Shown here: positions 52,111-63,936 of the stretch, piece by piece
How the letters are laid out: each line of letters starts with the position of its first letter
Position numbering within the stretch: position 1 is the first letter of the stretch
Assembly: GCF_001194135.2 (NCBI RefSeq)
Contig: NC_069006.1
Span: forward strand, 25,409,096-25,473,031
DNA length: 63,936 bases
Source: Octopus bimaculoides
Lineage: Eukaryota
Direction: 5' to 3'
Notes under the pieces: generated by a model
What the model saw: the letters and a program-made list of their open reading frames with translations, nothing else
What the model was told of the DNA's origin: nothing
The model's database searches: none
Position numbers and translations under genes: made by a program

Positions 52111-52872
52111 TGTAACCCTATTGCATAGTTTTTTACATATTGCACTCAAAACGGTTAAAAGAACAGTTCTAAAATGTTTATTAAGAGAAGGAAATGAAGG
52201 AGATTTCTTTAGTATCGCATTGCATTTCATTTTCATTCAAATTCTAAATCGGTTACATTTTATTTTCCTTCCCATCATCTACACCATCCTTTCTCCAAAA
52301 TATCATCTGCTCTTCCACCATTTTTTTTCTTCTCTTCTTCCCTTTCTCCTTCTTGAACTAATTATGCTCCAAAGATGATGCTGTCACTACGATCTCATTA
52401 CTTCCATGTGGTGTTAAATAAATATTTATGTTGGTCACAAGTGAATATCTTGTGATATTTCAGTGTTTTCTCTCAAATCCTCCTTCTCTATGCCAATTCA
52501 TAATAAAGCACAGATGCTGTTATATTTTGTGTAAATCTCTCTGAAAAACAGCCAGTTTTACAGAAAGTCATTATCTTTATTAGGTATGCCTCACCCATCT
52601 TGTAAAAACATTTTATATTACTTTACCGAAGAACTTAACCCATCAACTTGAAATTGCAATGGCGAACCTCTCTAGCAGTGGAAACAAAATATTTTTTTTA
52701 ATATTAGTTTGACATTTACAGTGTTTTCATATTTATTTCAAATAAAAATTGAAACAATTTAATGACAAGCCTGATTTAGCTGTCATACACAACACAGGCC
52801 ATAAGCCATAACAGGCACCAGAGCTGCGCTCGGTAGTGCAGTGAAAGCATGTGACAAGAATAAGACGACTGA

Positions 52873-53095
52873 ATAATAATAATACTTTCTACTATAGGCA
52901 CAAGGCCTGAAATTTTGGGGAAGGGGACTACTCAATTATATCGACCCCAGTGTTTCACTGGTACTTGTTTTATCAACATCGAAAGATGAAAGGCAAAGTC
53001 AACGTTGGTGGAATTTGAACTCAGAACGTAGCAGCAGACGAAATACAGCGAAGCATTTCGCCCAGCGTGCTAACCATTCTGCCAGCTCGCTGCCT
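52873..53095 (-). mobile_element. SINE family B, full length
   Basis: Complete reverse complement of the consensus. Confidence 0.92.
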
Positions 53096-53939
53096 CAAAG
53101 ATAATGATCACTTGTTAATGCAATCTATTTTGTGTTGGTTAGTCACAGGAGGTTTACATATGTGTATATATGTTGGTATATGCATTTGTATGTATGTATG
53201 CAGGTATATATATATCTGTATTTGTATATATATGTATGTATGCATACGCATTTGTATGCACGAATGTATATATATATGTAATATATGTATGTACGTGTTG
53301 TTATACATACATGCAAATATGTACGTGTGCATTTCAGAGTGCACGATCATGCTTATCTATACACCTGTGTGTGTGTATATAATGTGCAATATGCATTTAT
53401 AAAACAGCATTAATGTAAATCCAATAGAGCTTACGAGGTTGTTTACCCCCGCCCTTTTGTGCCAAACACTTTCTTTTCTTGTTTCTTTCGTTGAATTCCA
53501 ACCGAAATTTTTTTTTTAAAAGCACAAAAACACAAAAAAAAAAATTCAAAAGAAATCCACAGAAATAAAACATAAAAAGAACTAAAAAACAACAGACAAA
53601 ATAAATGCTAAATTTGTTGCTGATTTCGTTTCAATCTCCAGCTTAATCACTTCATATATAAAGAAAAAAGAAAAAAAGAAACTTGACTGCTGCCGCCCTT
53701 TAAAATTATACATCGTTGTTGTCATTATATTCATAAATCTCACTCACGCGCTAACATAGGCTATTTTTGTTCTGCTGGTTGTTTTTCGCATGTTTTTCTT
53801 TTTTATTGGTTTTTCTTATTTAATGTTATTTTCCCCTTTCATTAATACGGACGCGTTTCTGCTTACCTCCCCTTCCTTTTCTCCCCGTTATTTAACGTTG
53901 TTTATCCCATGTCACTTTTCCATTTTTTTAATTGTCTTA

Positions 53940-54220
53940 TCTGCCTCGCTCTCTCTCTCTGTCTTTCACTCTCACTCTCTCTAACTGTTTATGCATCTGT
54001 CTATCTGTCTCTCTCCCCCTCTCTCTGTGTTTCTCCCTCTGTCTCTTTCTAATTGTGTCTGTCTGTCTTTCTCTCTCTCTCTGTCTCTGTCTGTCTGTCT
54101 GTCTATCTATCTCAGTCTTTCTCTCTGAGTCTCACTTTCTCTTTCTACGTCCTTTTCTGCCTCTCTCTCTCTCTCTAATTGTGTCTGTCTATCTCGGTCT
54201 TTCTCTGAATCTCTCTTTTT
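53940..54220. repeat. (CT/CTGT)n tract
   Basis: Directly visible. Confidence 0.85.
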
Positions 54221-54234
54221 CAAGAGAGAGAAAT

Positions 54235-54460
54235 TAATTTATCGACTCCGAAAGGTTGAAAGGCAACGTCAACCTCGACAGAATTTGAACTCGGAACGTA
54301 AAGACAAACAAAATACCGCTAACCATTTCACGCCTTACTAGTCATTTATATCAACTCCAGAATGTAACTGGTATTTATTTCATTGACCCCCGAATGGATG
54401 AAAGGCAAAGTGAACCTCGGTGGAATTCGAACTCAGAACGTAAGAAGGAATGAAATGCTG
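54235..54460 (-). mobile_element. SINE family B, two partial copies in tandem
   Basis: Two gaaaggcaa…acctcg…aatttgaactc units. Confidence 0.8.
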
Positions 54461-55199
54461 CTAAACAACAATGACGAAAAGAATAAAACGACAGCAATTT
54501 GTAAACTCCTTAGAATATCAAAATATAAACCGTCAACAAAAGAAGGTAAAAATATCGAAAAGAAAAAGAAATAGAAAAAAAATAATACAAAAAGCAATCA
54601 AAAAAGTCTGTGAATGCTTTTCTTTCATTCCATAAAAGCGACCGTTTCGCAGAACTGCAATTCCAAACATTGTTTTACTGCAATGAAATCAGAATGTTAT
54701 TTTACTGCATCTTACAATCTGGTGTTTTTATTTAATGGTTTTTGCTTTTGCTATTTTAAAAAATGTATTCTTCTATTTCTTAGTTTTTATTTTTATTTGT
54801 AATTTTTCTTTCAGTAAATTATTATTATTATTATTGTCTTCCAATTACATTTCATACCTGATTCTAATGAGTTGTTAATCACCTGACACCCGAAGGCTAC
54901 AAAGAAACGGAGGAAGGGTGGAATTGTGGGTAATAATAATAATCAGAATGATGATGATGATGATGAAAAAGTTAAGGGAGAGGGGTGTGTGAAGCAAAGA
55001 GAATAATAAAATAGATATCAGAAGAAACAAGAGAGAAACGAGGGGGTGGGTGAAGAAAACACACATATACACACACATACACAAACGTGGATCAACTTTG
55101 ATATTCTTGTCGGAAGGAGCCTGAACACAAAGTGTTAAATTTGGGGCACTTCCTATTATCATCATTGAAAACATTGAATTCACCACCACCACCACCATT

Positions 55200-55645
55200 A
55201 TTAAGGCAGCAAGCTTGTAGAATCGTTAGCACATCGGGTGAAATGCTCAGTGACATTTTGTCTGACTTTATGTTCTGAGTTCAAATTCTGCTGAAGTCGA
55301 CTTTGCCTTTCATCCTTTCGGGGTCGATAACTTAAGTACCAGTTGAGTACTAGGGTCGATGCAGTTGACTAGCCCCTTCTCCCAAATTTCAGGCTATCTG
55401 CTTATAATAGAAAGGATTATTATTGTTAAAATTGATAAGGTGTTGAGCTGGCAAAATCGTTAGCACACCGGGCGAAATGCTTAACCGTATGTCGTCTGCT
55501 GCTACGTTCTGAGTTCAAATTTCGTTGAGGTCGACTTTGCCTTTCGGGGGTCAATTAAATAAATACCAGTTACGCATTAGGGTCGGTGTAAGCGATTTAA
55601 TCCCATCCCCCAAATTTGAGGACTTGTGCTTCCAGTAGAGAGAAT
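55200..55645 (+). mobile_element. SINE family B, two full copies in tandem (55200-55420, 55435-55645)
   Basis: Two complete head-to-tail copies separated by (TTA)n. Confidence 0.92.
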
Positions 55646-55859
55646 TATTATTGTTGATGTTGTCACTAAATGCTTGGTAAATCTATTGACTGATGTTCTT
55701 TTACTGAATTTCTTGTTATATCAGATCGCCCACCTCCACCCCGCCGCAGAGAGTGAATTAAAACGGCAGAAAATTTTGGAGGAAAACAAGTAAATGTGTT
55801 AGGTTGCATCTCCTGCCATCCCTGCTGATTAATTTTAGTAGCTGTTGGGGGCCTGGCGG

Positions 55860-56020
55860 TGGTGGTGTCACATTCTGTGTCACGCTGAATCTCCCTGAGA
55901 ACTACATAAAGAGTATGCATGTCTGTGGAGTACTCAGCCACTTGCACCATTAATTTCATGCGCAGGCTGTTCTGTTGAATGGATCAACTGGAACCTGGGT
56001 CGTCGTAACCGACTGAAGGC
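55860..56020 (+). mobile_element. Family G repeat
   Basis: gtcacattctgtgtcacgctgaatctccctgagaactac…gagtactcagccacttgc. Confidence 0.7.
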
Positions 56021-56858
56021 TACTTTCACATCTATGTATGTGTAATATGATTAAACTTTTCCTGTTTTTTTTTTAGCATCAATCTCTAATCAAAACTAAA
56101 TTAGCCTTAAATAAGCTGCAAACGAGAAACAGATATTTTTCTTTCCGCTTGCCTCTTTACAATTTATTCGTCAAAGAGAAAACGGTGGAGATGCAGAGCT
56201 GAAACAGTTCGTTTACGTTAACATATCTCGTTACACAAAACAACAGCCAGTAATTTAAAACAAAAAGTGTTTCTCTTACAATGTCTATATTTTATTACTA
56301 CAACAAAACTCGAAGTCTCAGGGGTCTTTCACCAGGAAAGAATACGCCATCTTTATTTCGACTTCCTTTTGATGGTGGTGACGACGAGGGCGGACTTGCT
56401 TTATTTGTATATTTAAATACAATCTGTTTAGCTTAGCAAGATCAACAGTGACGATGAACACAATATATAAACATTATATTGATTGCTATTTGAAGTGTAA
56501 CACCCTGTCATTGCTTCTAGTTTACCGTCGCCGCCATTACGACGCTGTTCCTCTGATATTTGTATCACCATTCTACATAAACATCGCATGCTGCTCTCAG
56601 TGTGTGTCGGTGTTGTTAGTTGATACAGGGGGATTTTAGTTAGATTCTTTCTTTACTTCTCTTATTATTTCACTTTATTTTATGGTATTTTTCTGCTTTT
56701 TTTTTCTGTAGTCGGAATCAAAAGAAACTTTTATCTTCTGCCCCTCTTTTACTCGAACAAACCTTTTTTCTTCCTCTCTCGACAAAAGAAGGAAAAGAAT
56801 AACATGGTTTCACTTTCTAGATCAGTTCCTTTCTATAAATATTCTCCTTAATCCCCCT

Positions 56859-56921
<63 letters not shown>

Positions 56922-57789
56922 ATATAAATATTTTTATATACACACGCACATTTAAATGTACATACAAGCATACACACACACGTTTTACATGTATAAATAA
57001 ATAAGTATATAATATATATATTGCGTGTGCAAATATCCTTAGTTGGTGTACTTTGCAAGGAAACCAAAAGGTCAGCACTCAAGCCCCTTGAGATATTTGT
57101 TCCCAAGCAAGTTATAAACACTCCTTTGTCCGTCCTTGTTACCAGTGTTACAAGCCTGTAACCCATAGCAACATGTAACCGATTGCAACATGAAAATATA
57201 TAAATTACATAAAATAAAACAAGCAAAGAATCTAATATCTGGTAGAAAGACATAAGTTTATCCCCTTCCCTTCGCCGCCCCCTTGTGGAATAACGAAGTC
57301 GTGTCAATTAAAAGAACCATCTTTTAACAATTAATATATCTTTATCGTCCATGTTTCTATCGACATAATTTACGGTCGACATAAACGTTTGTTCGTTTAT
57401 TTTTCGTGTTTGAACTTTTAAAAATCTTCGCAATCGTTATCTTGTTGCAACAAAACCATTTAACGTTATCGTCTACATCAGATACCAGCACACAAACACC
57501 TGATGGCTAAGTCTATCTTGTCAACAAGCAGTTTTCTCCATCGACTGGCGCCTGCTTCTCTGCTGTTTCCAAAACACGACTTGCTTTAAATTGCTTGATT
57601 TCGTTACAGACGTTTGTTACTCTTTTGATTTTTTTTTTTTTTTTTTAAATATCTTTCATTTGAAGAGAAGGTTGACATGATAGTCTTTGATCAATATTAA
57701 AGCCTGGTTCTATCATGATAAAGAAGGTTAATTGATTGGTCACCAGACTATGGCCGGCTTACTTCAGTAACAACACAAATCAACTTGTG

Positions 57790-58062
57790 CAATCATCATC
57801 ATCATTGTCGTCATCATTATTTTAACGTTCACTTTTCCATGCTTGTATGCGTCGGAAAGAATTCGCTGAGAGAAATTTTTCTGTGGCCGGACGCCCTTCC
57901 TGTCACCAACCCTCACCTGTTTCCCCCATGCTAAGGCACCAACCAAGCTGGCAGAATCTTTCCCACGTTGGGAAAAATGCTTAGCAGCATTTCGTCCGTC
58001 TTCACGATCTGAGTTCAAGATAAAATAAGTACCAGTTGAATACTGGGGATCGATGTAATCGA

Positions 58063-58065
<3 letters not shown>
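57790..58065. mobile_element. Family D variant (-, 57790-57940) abutting internally deleted SINE B (+, 57945-58065)
   Basis: ttaacgttcacttttccatgc…gacgcccttcctg; gctggcagaatc…gagttcaa|gataaaataagtaccag. Confidence 0.75.
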
Positions 58066-58095
<30 letters not shown>

Positions 58096-60063
58096 TCATC
58101 ATCATCATCATCGTTCAACATATATACATACATGCACCCCCCCCCCCATATTAATGTATAAAATATTATATATTCATTGCGGCTAATCTCACCAATTGGT
58201 TTCACACTAGGGGTTCAACAGAATGTAAAGTAACAGTCCGATTATGTAACCCTGCACTCATCAGGGGTAGCAAAAGGTGAGAGCTGGAGATGCTCAATGT
58301 AGAAAATACATAGTGGTGTTCAAATGATTTGAACTTAAACTGCCACTTCTTTATTGAGGACTTGGTCCACGAGGCAAGAGTGACTATAAAGAGAAATCCA
58401 GAGGAGTTGAAATGAAGATAATGATGTGGATAAACAGGATTAAATATAGATGAAGCTTAGTCATGTTTATCTGCATCACTATCTCTATATACACATGCAT
58501 GCACACACACATTGATATATATATATATATATAGATAGATAGATAGATAGATAGATATATGCGCATATACATACACACATCAGCACACGAGTGTGTATGT
58601 GTGTGTTTGTACGTGTTCCTTGTAAATATAACATTGACGATGAAGCCATAAATGGTACGATATAGCCATGTTAATAACCGATAACGAGAAAAACTCACAG
58701 AAGCAAATTAGTATCTAAATACAGGGGGTGGGGGTGGGGTAGCGGGTGATGGTGGTGGTGTGTGGAGGGAACAACAGGTTTGAACGAACGGCCAAAATTA
58801 ATTCTATTTCAACAATCAAATGTTTAGCCGGCACCTTATCACCCCCACTATTCCGCCCCCATCACTCTCCCCCTCCCCCATCAACCTCCTCGACACAGAG
58901 AGATCAAATCTCAACATTTTTCTCGACATAAACTATTGAATCAAAGAGACCTGATCAAAGAATTCGGTTCAAGTTGATTGAAAGGCCATTAGTCAATGGT
59001 AAGTAACAGTTGATTTTTTTTCTTTTCTTTTTTTTTTTCCCCTGGAATAGGAAAAACCTGAATGAAAAGAAAAAAAAATCAACCAAATTTTGGTCAGCGC
59101 CGCCACCATTGCTGCCTCTGTTGTGGTTGTTGTTGTTTAATGAAATAAAAATACAAGACTTTATATTCAGATTAGTGCTTAATGGTAATTTGGAATTGGA
59201 GGTTCTTGTTTTTACATAAACGATATTTCTTTAAATTACCATTGACGTCATCATCACCATAACCATCACCATCATCGTAATCATCACCATATATACAAAT
59301 TATATATATACAAATTATAAAAAAAAAGCATATGCAATACCATACTTTGTCCGCTNNNNNNNNNNGGGGGGGGGGGATGTAACACTCGTGATCGTTGAGA
59401 GATTACACATACACACATATTTATGCATGTATGTGTATAGAATAATGGCAAAACCAAGTGTTATTTTGAATGCATTTAATTCACGTTTTTCAAGTAATTA
59501 CAAAGAAGTTTTCAGTGAGGAAAGTATAATGTACAAAATTTCTTACATAACTACTCAAAATGTGTGTACAAAACGCATTCAGAATATCAATATTTGGTTT
59601 TGCTTTGTTACATATTATAATAAAGCCATGCCATTACAATCTAGCCTAGCCTTGTTTTATTTGCATGGTTAATGTAATTTCAAAGTAGAATCACAGAATT
59701 ACCAATATCATTAAAGAGAATTTCCATCCTGAAGGAATCTATGAACATCCGTAACAGATCAATCAATCAATCAATATAGAACTATAATTGCCTGTTTCTT
59801 AACAATCATCATTAAATGAATTCTTAATAACCATTCTTAGCCAATTATTAGTGAATTCTTTGAGAATTCTGCTATAAATTCTCCAGGAATGTGATTCTTG
59901 TGGTAATTAGATTAAATATTATTAAAGCAGGATCCCATCGTTAACATATGTATTTGTTTATCTGTCATAAAATAATGTAACGTGGATTTGAACTTGCATT
60001 GCCACATTATCAATTTTAAATTACGACTTAACTCCGGCTTAATCCTATGTATGGTTGAGTTAC

Positions 60064-60118
60064 TGTCCAGTTGGCAGCTGGTGTTCACATTGTCGTTTCT
60101 CACTTCTTCAAGAAGCCT
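60064..60118 (-). CDS. Candidate next exon of the minus-strand gene
   Basis: Acceptor tatatttgtag| followed by phase-0 RLLEEVRNDNVNTSCQLD, phase-compatible with the 62199 donor (…EEELRNE|RLLEE…). The donor is uncertain (a|gtaact at 60064; alternatives exist). Confidence 0.3.
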
Positions 60119-60274
60119 CTACAAATATAGCCTATAAACAGAGTCCTTTTGGTGCCAATCTTAGTGTGCCTCTGGAATTGGTACCAAATACAAACCCTGC
60201 TTTAGTCATTCTAATGACTACATACTTAACCGAAATGCAATGGTAGTAGAAGACAATCAAATGGTAATATATAG

Positions 60275-60975
60275 AAGATGGCGAGCTGGCAGAAAACGTT
60301 AGCACGCAACCGGGCGAAATGCTTAGCGATATTTCGTCTGCCTTTAAGTTCTGAGTTCAAATTCTGCTGAGGTCGACTTTGCCTTTCATTCTTCTGGGGT
60401 CGAAAAATTAAGTACCAGTTGCGTACTAGGGTTGATCTAATTGACTGCCCCCCCCCCCACAAAAAAAAAACAATTTTGGGCATTGTGCCTAGAGTAGAAA
60501 AGAATATATACAAGGGAGTAAGGGAGTGCTGAAAAGTGTGCGTGTGTGTGAAAGCACCTTCTTGGAGTGGTTGATGTTAGGAAGGGTATCCAGCTGTAGA
60601 AACCATGCCACAACAGACTGGGGTCTGGGGCAGCCTCCCCCAACCCAGCTTGCCAGCTGTGGTCAAACCATCTGACCCCTGCAAGCGTGGACAACGGACG
60701 TTAAATGATGATGATGATGATGATGGTGTGTGCGCGTATGTATGTATGTGTTTATGCCTGTGTTTTGTACCTCGCCACCCGCTTGACAACCAGTGTTGGT
60801 GTGTTTATGTACACATAACTTAGCAGTTTAGCAGGAAGGAACTGATAGAATAAGTATGAGGCCTAAAAACAAAAAAAATGAAAATCAAATAAGTACCCAG
60901 GCCAATTCTTCAAGGCGGTGTGGTGCTCCAGCATGGCCACGATCTAATGCCTGAAACAAGTAACAGATAAAACAT
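60275..60975 (+). mobile_element. SINE cluster: B full (60275-60505), D (60515-60725), A 3' half (60745-60975)
   Basis: Each matches its family motifs. Confidence 0.88.
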
Positions 60976-61965
60976 AGAAAGATATATACACTAACATGCA
61001 CACATACGTGCTTGCATACGTACATACATAAGTATATATATATATTTATATACATACTTATACACATATATATTTATATATATATATGTTTATACATACA
61101 TACATATATATACATATACATATACATACATACAAAAGTGTATNNNNNNNNNNNNNNNNNNNNNNNNNNNNNNNNNNNNNNNNNNNNNNNNNNNNNNNNN
61201 NNNNNNNNNNNNNNNNNNNNNNNNNNNNNNNNNNNNNNNNNNNNNNNNNNNNNNNNNNNNNNNNNNNNNNNNNNNNNNNNNNNNNNNNNNNNNNNNNNNN
61301 NNNNNNNNNNNNNNNNNNNNNNNNNNNNNNNNNNNNNNNNNNNNNNNNNNNNNNNNNNNNNNNNNNNNNNNNNNNNNNNNNNNNNNNNNNNNNNNNNNNN
61401 NNNNNNNNNNNNNNNNNNNNNNNNNNNNNNNNNNNNNNNNNNNNNNNNNNNNNNNNNNNNNNNNNNNNNNNNNNNNNNNNNNNNNNNNNNNNNNNNNNNN
61501 NNNNNNNNNNNNNNNNNNNNNNNNNNNNNNNNNNNNNNNNNNNNNNNNNNNNNNNNNNNNNNNNNNNNNNNNNNNNNNNNNNNNNNNNNNNNNNNNNNNN
61601 NNNNNNNNNNNNNNNNNNNNNNNNNNNNNNNNNNNNNNNNNNNNNNNNNNNNNNNNNNNNNNNNNNNNNNNNNNNNNNNNNNNNNNNNNNNNNNNNNNNN
61701 NNNNNNNNNNNNNNNNNNNNNNNNNNNNNNNNNNNNNNNNNNNNNNNNNNNNNNNNNNNNNNNNNNNNNNNNNNNNNNNNNNNNNNNNNNNNNNNNNNNN
61801 NNNNNNNNNNNNNNNNNNNNNNNNNNNNNNNNNNNNNNNNNNNNNNNNNNNNNNNNNNNNNNNNNNNNNNNNNNNNNNNNNNNNNNNNNNNNNNNNNNNN
61901 NNNNNNNNNNNNNNNNNNNNNNNNNNNNNNNNNNNNNNNNNNNNNNNNNNNNNNNNNNNNNNNNN

Positions 61966-62078
61966 GTCTTCCTGGGCCTACCTCTTCCACAGGTTCCCTC
62001 AACTGTTAGGGTGTGGCACTTTTTCACGCAGCTATCCTCATCCATTCTCACCACATGTCCATACCAGCGCAATCACAT
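61966..62078 (-). mobile_element. RTE-clade LINE fragment, well preserved
   Basis: RLRWYGHVVRMDEDSCVKKCHTLTVEGTCGRGRPRK, the classic RTE RWxGHVxRM…GRGRP motif; runs into a gap. Confidence 0.9.
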
Positions 62079-62198
62079 GATCATTCATGACCAAAGGGGG
62101 TCCTTACCCTTTACCCTTTTTGTATCATGGAACCAGGGGTGGTTCAAGGATGAGAGGAGGAGAGGAAGAATGGAAAATTAAAAATTAAAAACACTGAC

Positions 62199-62507
62199 CT
62201 CATTTCTCAGTTCTTCCTCGAGACCCAGTTCAAAACCGATATCACTGTCCTCAACTTGACTCTCTGACAGCTCTGATTGTGAAACCGTCACTTGTTCCTG
62301 TTGGATGACATCTGATAATATGTCGTTCATGTCGTTCACCATCATGGTCACCATGTCCAGCATCGAAGACAAGACGCCGACACTGCTGTAGTTGTTGCGG
62401 CAGTCTTCCTCCAGTTCATGTTCATTAAGTCTTTGGAGTTGACTTACAAAGTTTCCCACCAGGTCTTGCAGATGGCACGATCTTTCATGCACCGAGCCTG
62501 AAAACAT
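62199..62507 (-). CDS. Coding exon of an unidentified protein (acidic, predicted helical/coiled-coil)
   Basis: Non-repetitive 103-codon reading frame MFSGSVHERSCHLQDLVGNFVSQLQRLNEHELEEDC...ELGLEEELRNE ends at a strong phase-0 donor GAG|gtcagt (62199/62198). Upstream acceptors: ttttgtcttttaatatcag (exon from 62558, ATG at 62507 in accATG context), ccacag (62524) or ttttcag (62497). No family recognised. Confidence 0.65.
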
Positions 62508-62714
62508 GGTTCGTTGCTGATCATCTGTGGACGTTATTGGGTAGGGATGAAGTTATGCCTGATATTAAAAGACAAAATAGAATAATAATAATAATATGTT
62601 TAAGCCTCATACTTACTCTGTGTTTAAAAAGCCGAAAGAGCTATGTTACTAAGACATAAACAAATCAACAACGGATGTCAAGCAGTTGAGGACAAATACA
62701 CGTGTGGGGGATAT

Positions 62715-62838
62715 CTAGATATCCCACACACACGTTGGGCTTCTTTCAGTTCCCGTCAGTCGAATAGATTCCCAATGCATTCGTTGGCCCGAGTCTATAG
62801 AGGAAGACACCCGAAACCATGTGGTTGGGTAGCAAGCT
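62715..62838 (-). mobile_element. SINE family A 5' half, diverged
   Basis: gggcttctttcagtt…gaaaccatgtggttggg. Confidence 0.7.
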
Positions 62839-63791
62839 ACTTTATTTCATAAATATTTGCCATAAAGGCATTACAAATTACAAAGAGGGGACGAACAAGG
62901 ACAGACAAACATAAAAGAGGTGAAGTAGCTGTATCGATTAAATATTTACAATTTTTAATACACAATAAAAATTGGATTATATAGCAAGCTTCTTATCACA
63001 CAGCCAAGCTTGCCCCTGTATACTTTAGAACAACATTACAAACCCTGTCTTTCCTTTCAGATACCCGAGGGAGATTTCACTGCTATTTCTCTTATTTTGT
63101 AAGAGTTTCGTATCACTCTTCCGCCTCCCGAATTTGTTTCCTCATAATTGTTTAAAATGCTTGCTTTTAAATGACATTTGGCAGTAATACGTTTTCGAGA
63201 GTGTAGATTACGTAATGTTCATGTTGCGAACATTAAGCGTTTGGAAAAAATATGAAAAATGTTGAAATTAGAAATGACGACATCGGTGAAAACGTTCCGG
63301 AAATACTGAAAAAAACGTTTTTCTATATAAAATTTATCGACATAATCATAATGTACACCCTTGATAATCCACCTCTGCTAGGATTTATTTTAAAATATGT
63401 AATTTTCAGGATGTTATGATGAAAAAGATCGATGGGGCGCTAAACTGTAGTTATGCCTACAATAGTAGTAACTATGTCTATGTTTACAAACATAACATGG
63501 TCAGTATAAAAAGGACATTATAATATTATAATAATGACTATCTCGACAGTAATGACGATAACAATAAATGAATTAAAATATAAATTACGTGAAGATGAAG
63601 GAAATATGACAAAAATTGCAAAAAGACATACGCAAGAATTATAAGACAGGAATTGCGGGAGAGATCTTCAAAGGTAGAATAGAAACAACACAACAAACGG
63701 AAACTGTCAAAATACAACATGCGGGGAAAAAGGATGATAGCACGACAAAGGCAAACAGGATGTGCATGTATTTAAATGTATATCATATATA

Positions 63792-63936
63792 GGTACTACT
63801 AAAGCAGCACGGCCCCGAACGCGCAGTCGCGCGTCCGGGCTAGCTAGTCGTGAGTGGTCGATCCTAACCCTAACTCTAAACACGTATTCATTTGCACACG
63901 CGGGTTAGGGATAGGGTTAGGGTTAGGGTTAGGATC
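63792..63936. mobile_element. Second GGTA-start element with inverted telomeric hexamers (cut by window end)
   Basis: tata|ggtactactaaagc…; gatcctaaccctaactctaa (63860-63879) vs ttagggttagggttaggatc (63917-63936), 19/20 inverted match. Confidence 0.6.

Noticed and set aside
63902-63936. True chromosome telomere
   Set aside because: Only about 5 hexamers, interrupted, ending in ggatc and mirrored by an inverted CCCTAA arm.

Overview
AT-rich animal draft-assembly sequence with 11 N-gaps. It is dominated by microsatellites, several families of tRNA-derived SINEs, short non-autonomous DNA elements and decayed LINE fragments (RTE, CR1/L2-like, R4-like, probably Penelope). The SINE repertoire looks like octopus/coleoid cephalopod DNA (inference from recalled repeat sequences, not a database hit). 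There is no support for prokaryotic genes, CRISPR arrays, rRNA or intact tRNA genes, and almost all ORFs in the track are microsatellite or gap artefacts. One coding exon is convincing (minus strand, ~62199-62507, unidentified acidic helical protein), with a few weak candidate exons elsewhere. The most interesting structures are: a perfect 40-bp-stem hairpin made by inverted duplication inside a SINE (37351-37440); two foldback elements with GGTA termini and telomeric (CCCTAA/TTAGGG) cores (34915-35129 and 63792-end); several hammerhead-ribozyme-like cores; and many inverted SINE pairs that could form dsRNA. SINE family letters A-H are my own working labels, and most repeat boundaries are approximate (about +/-10-20 bp).
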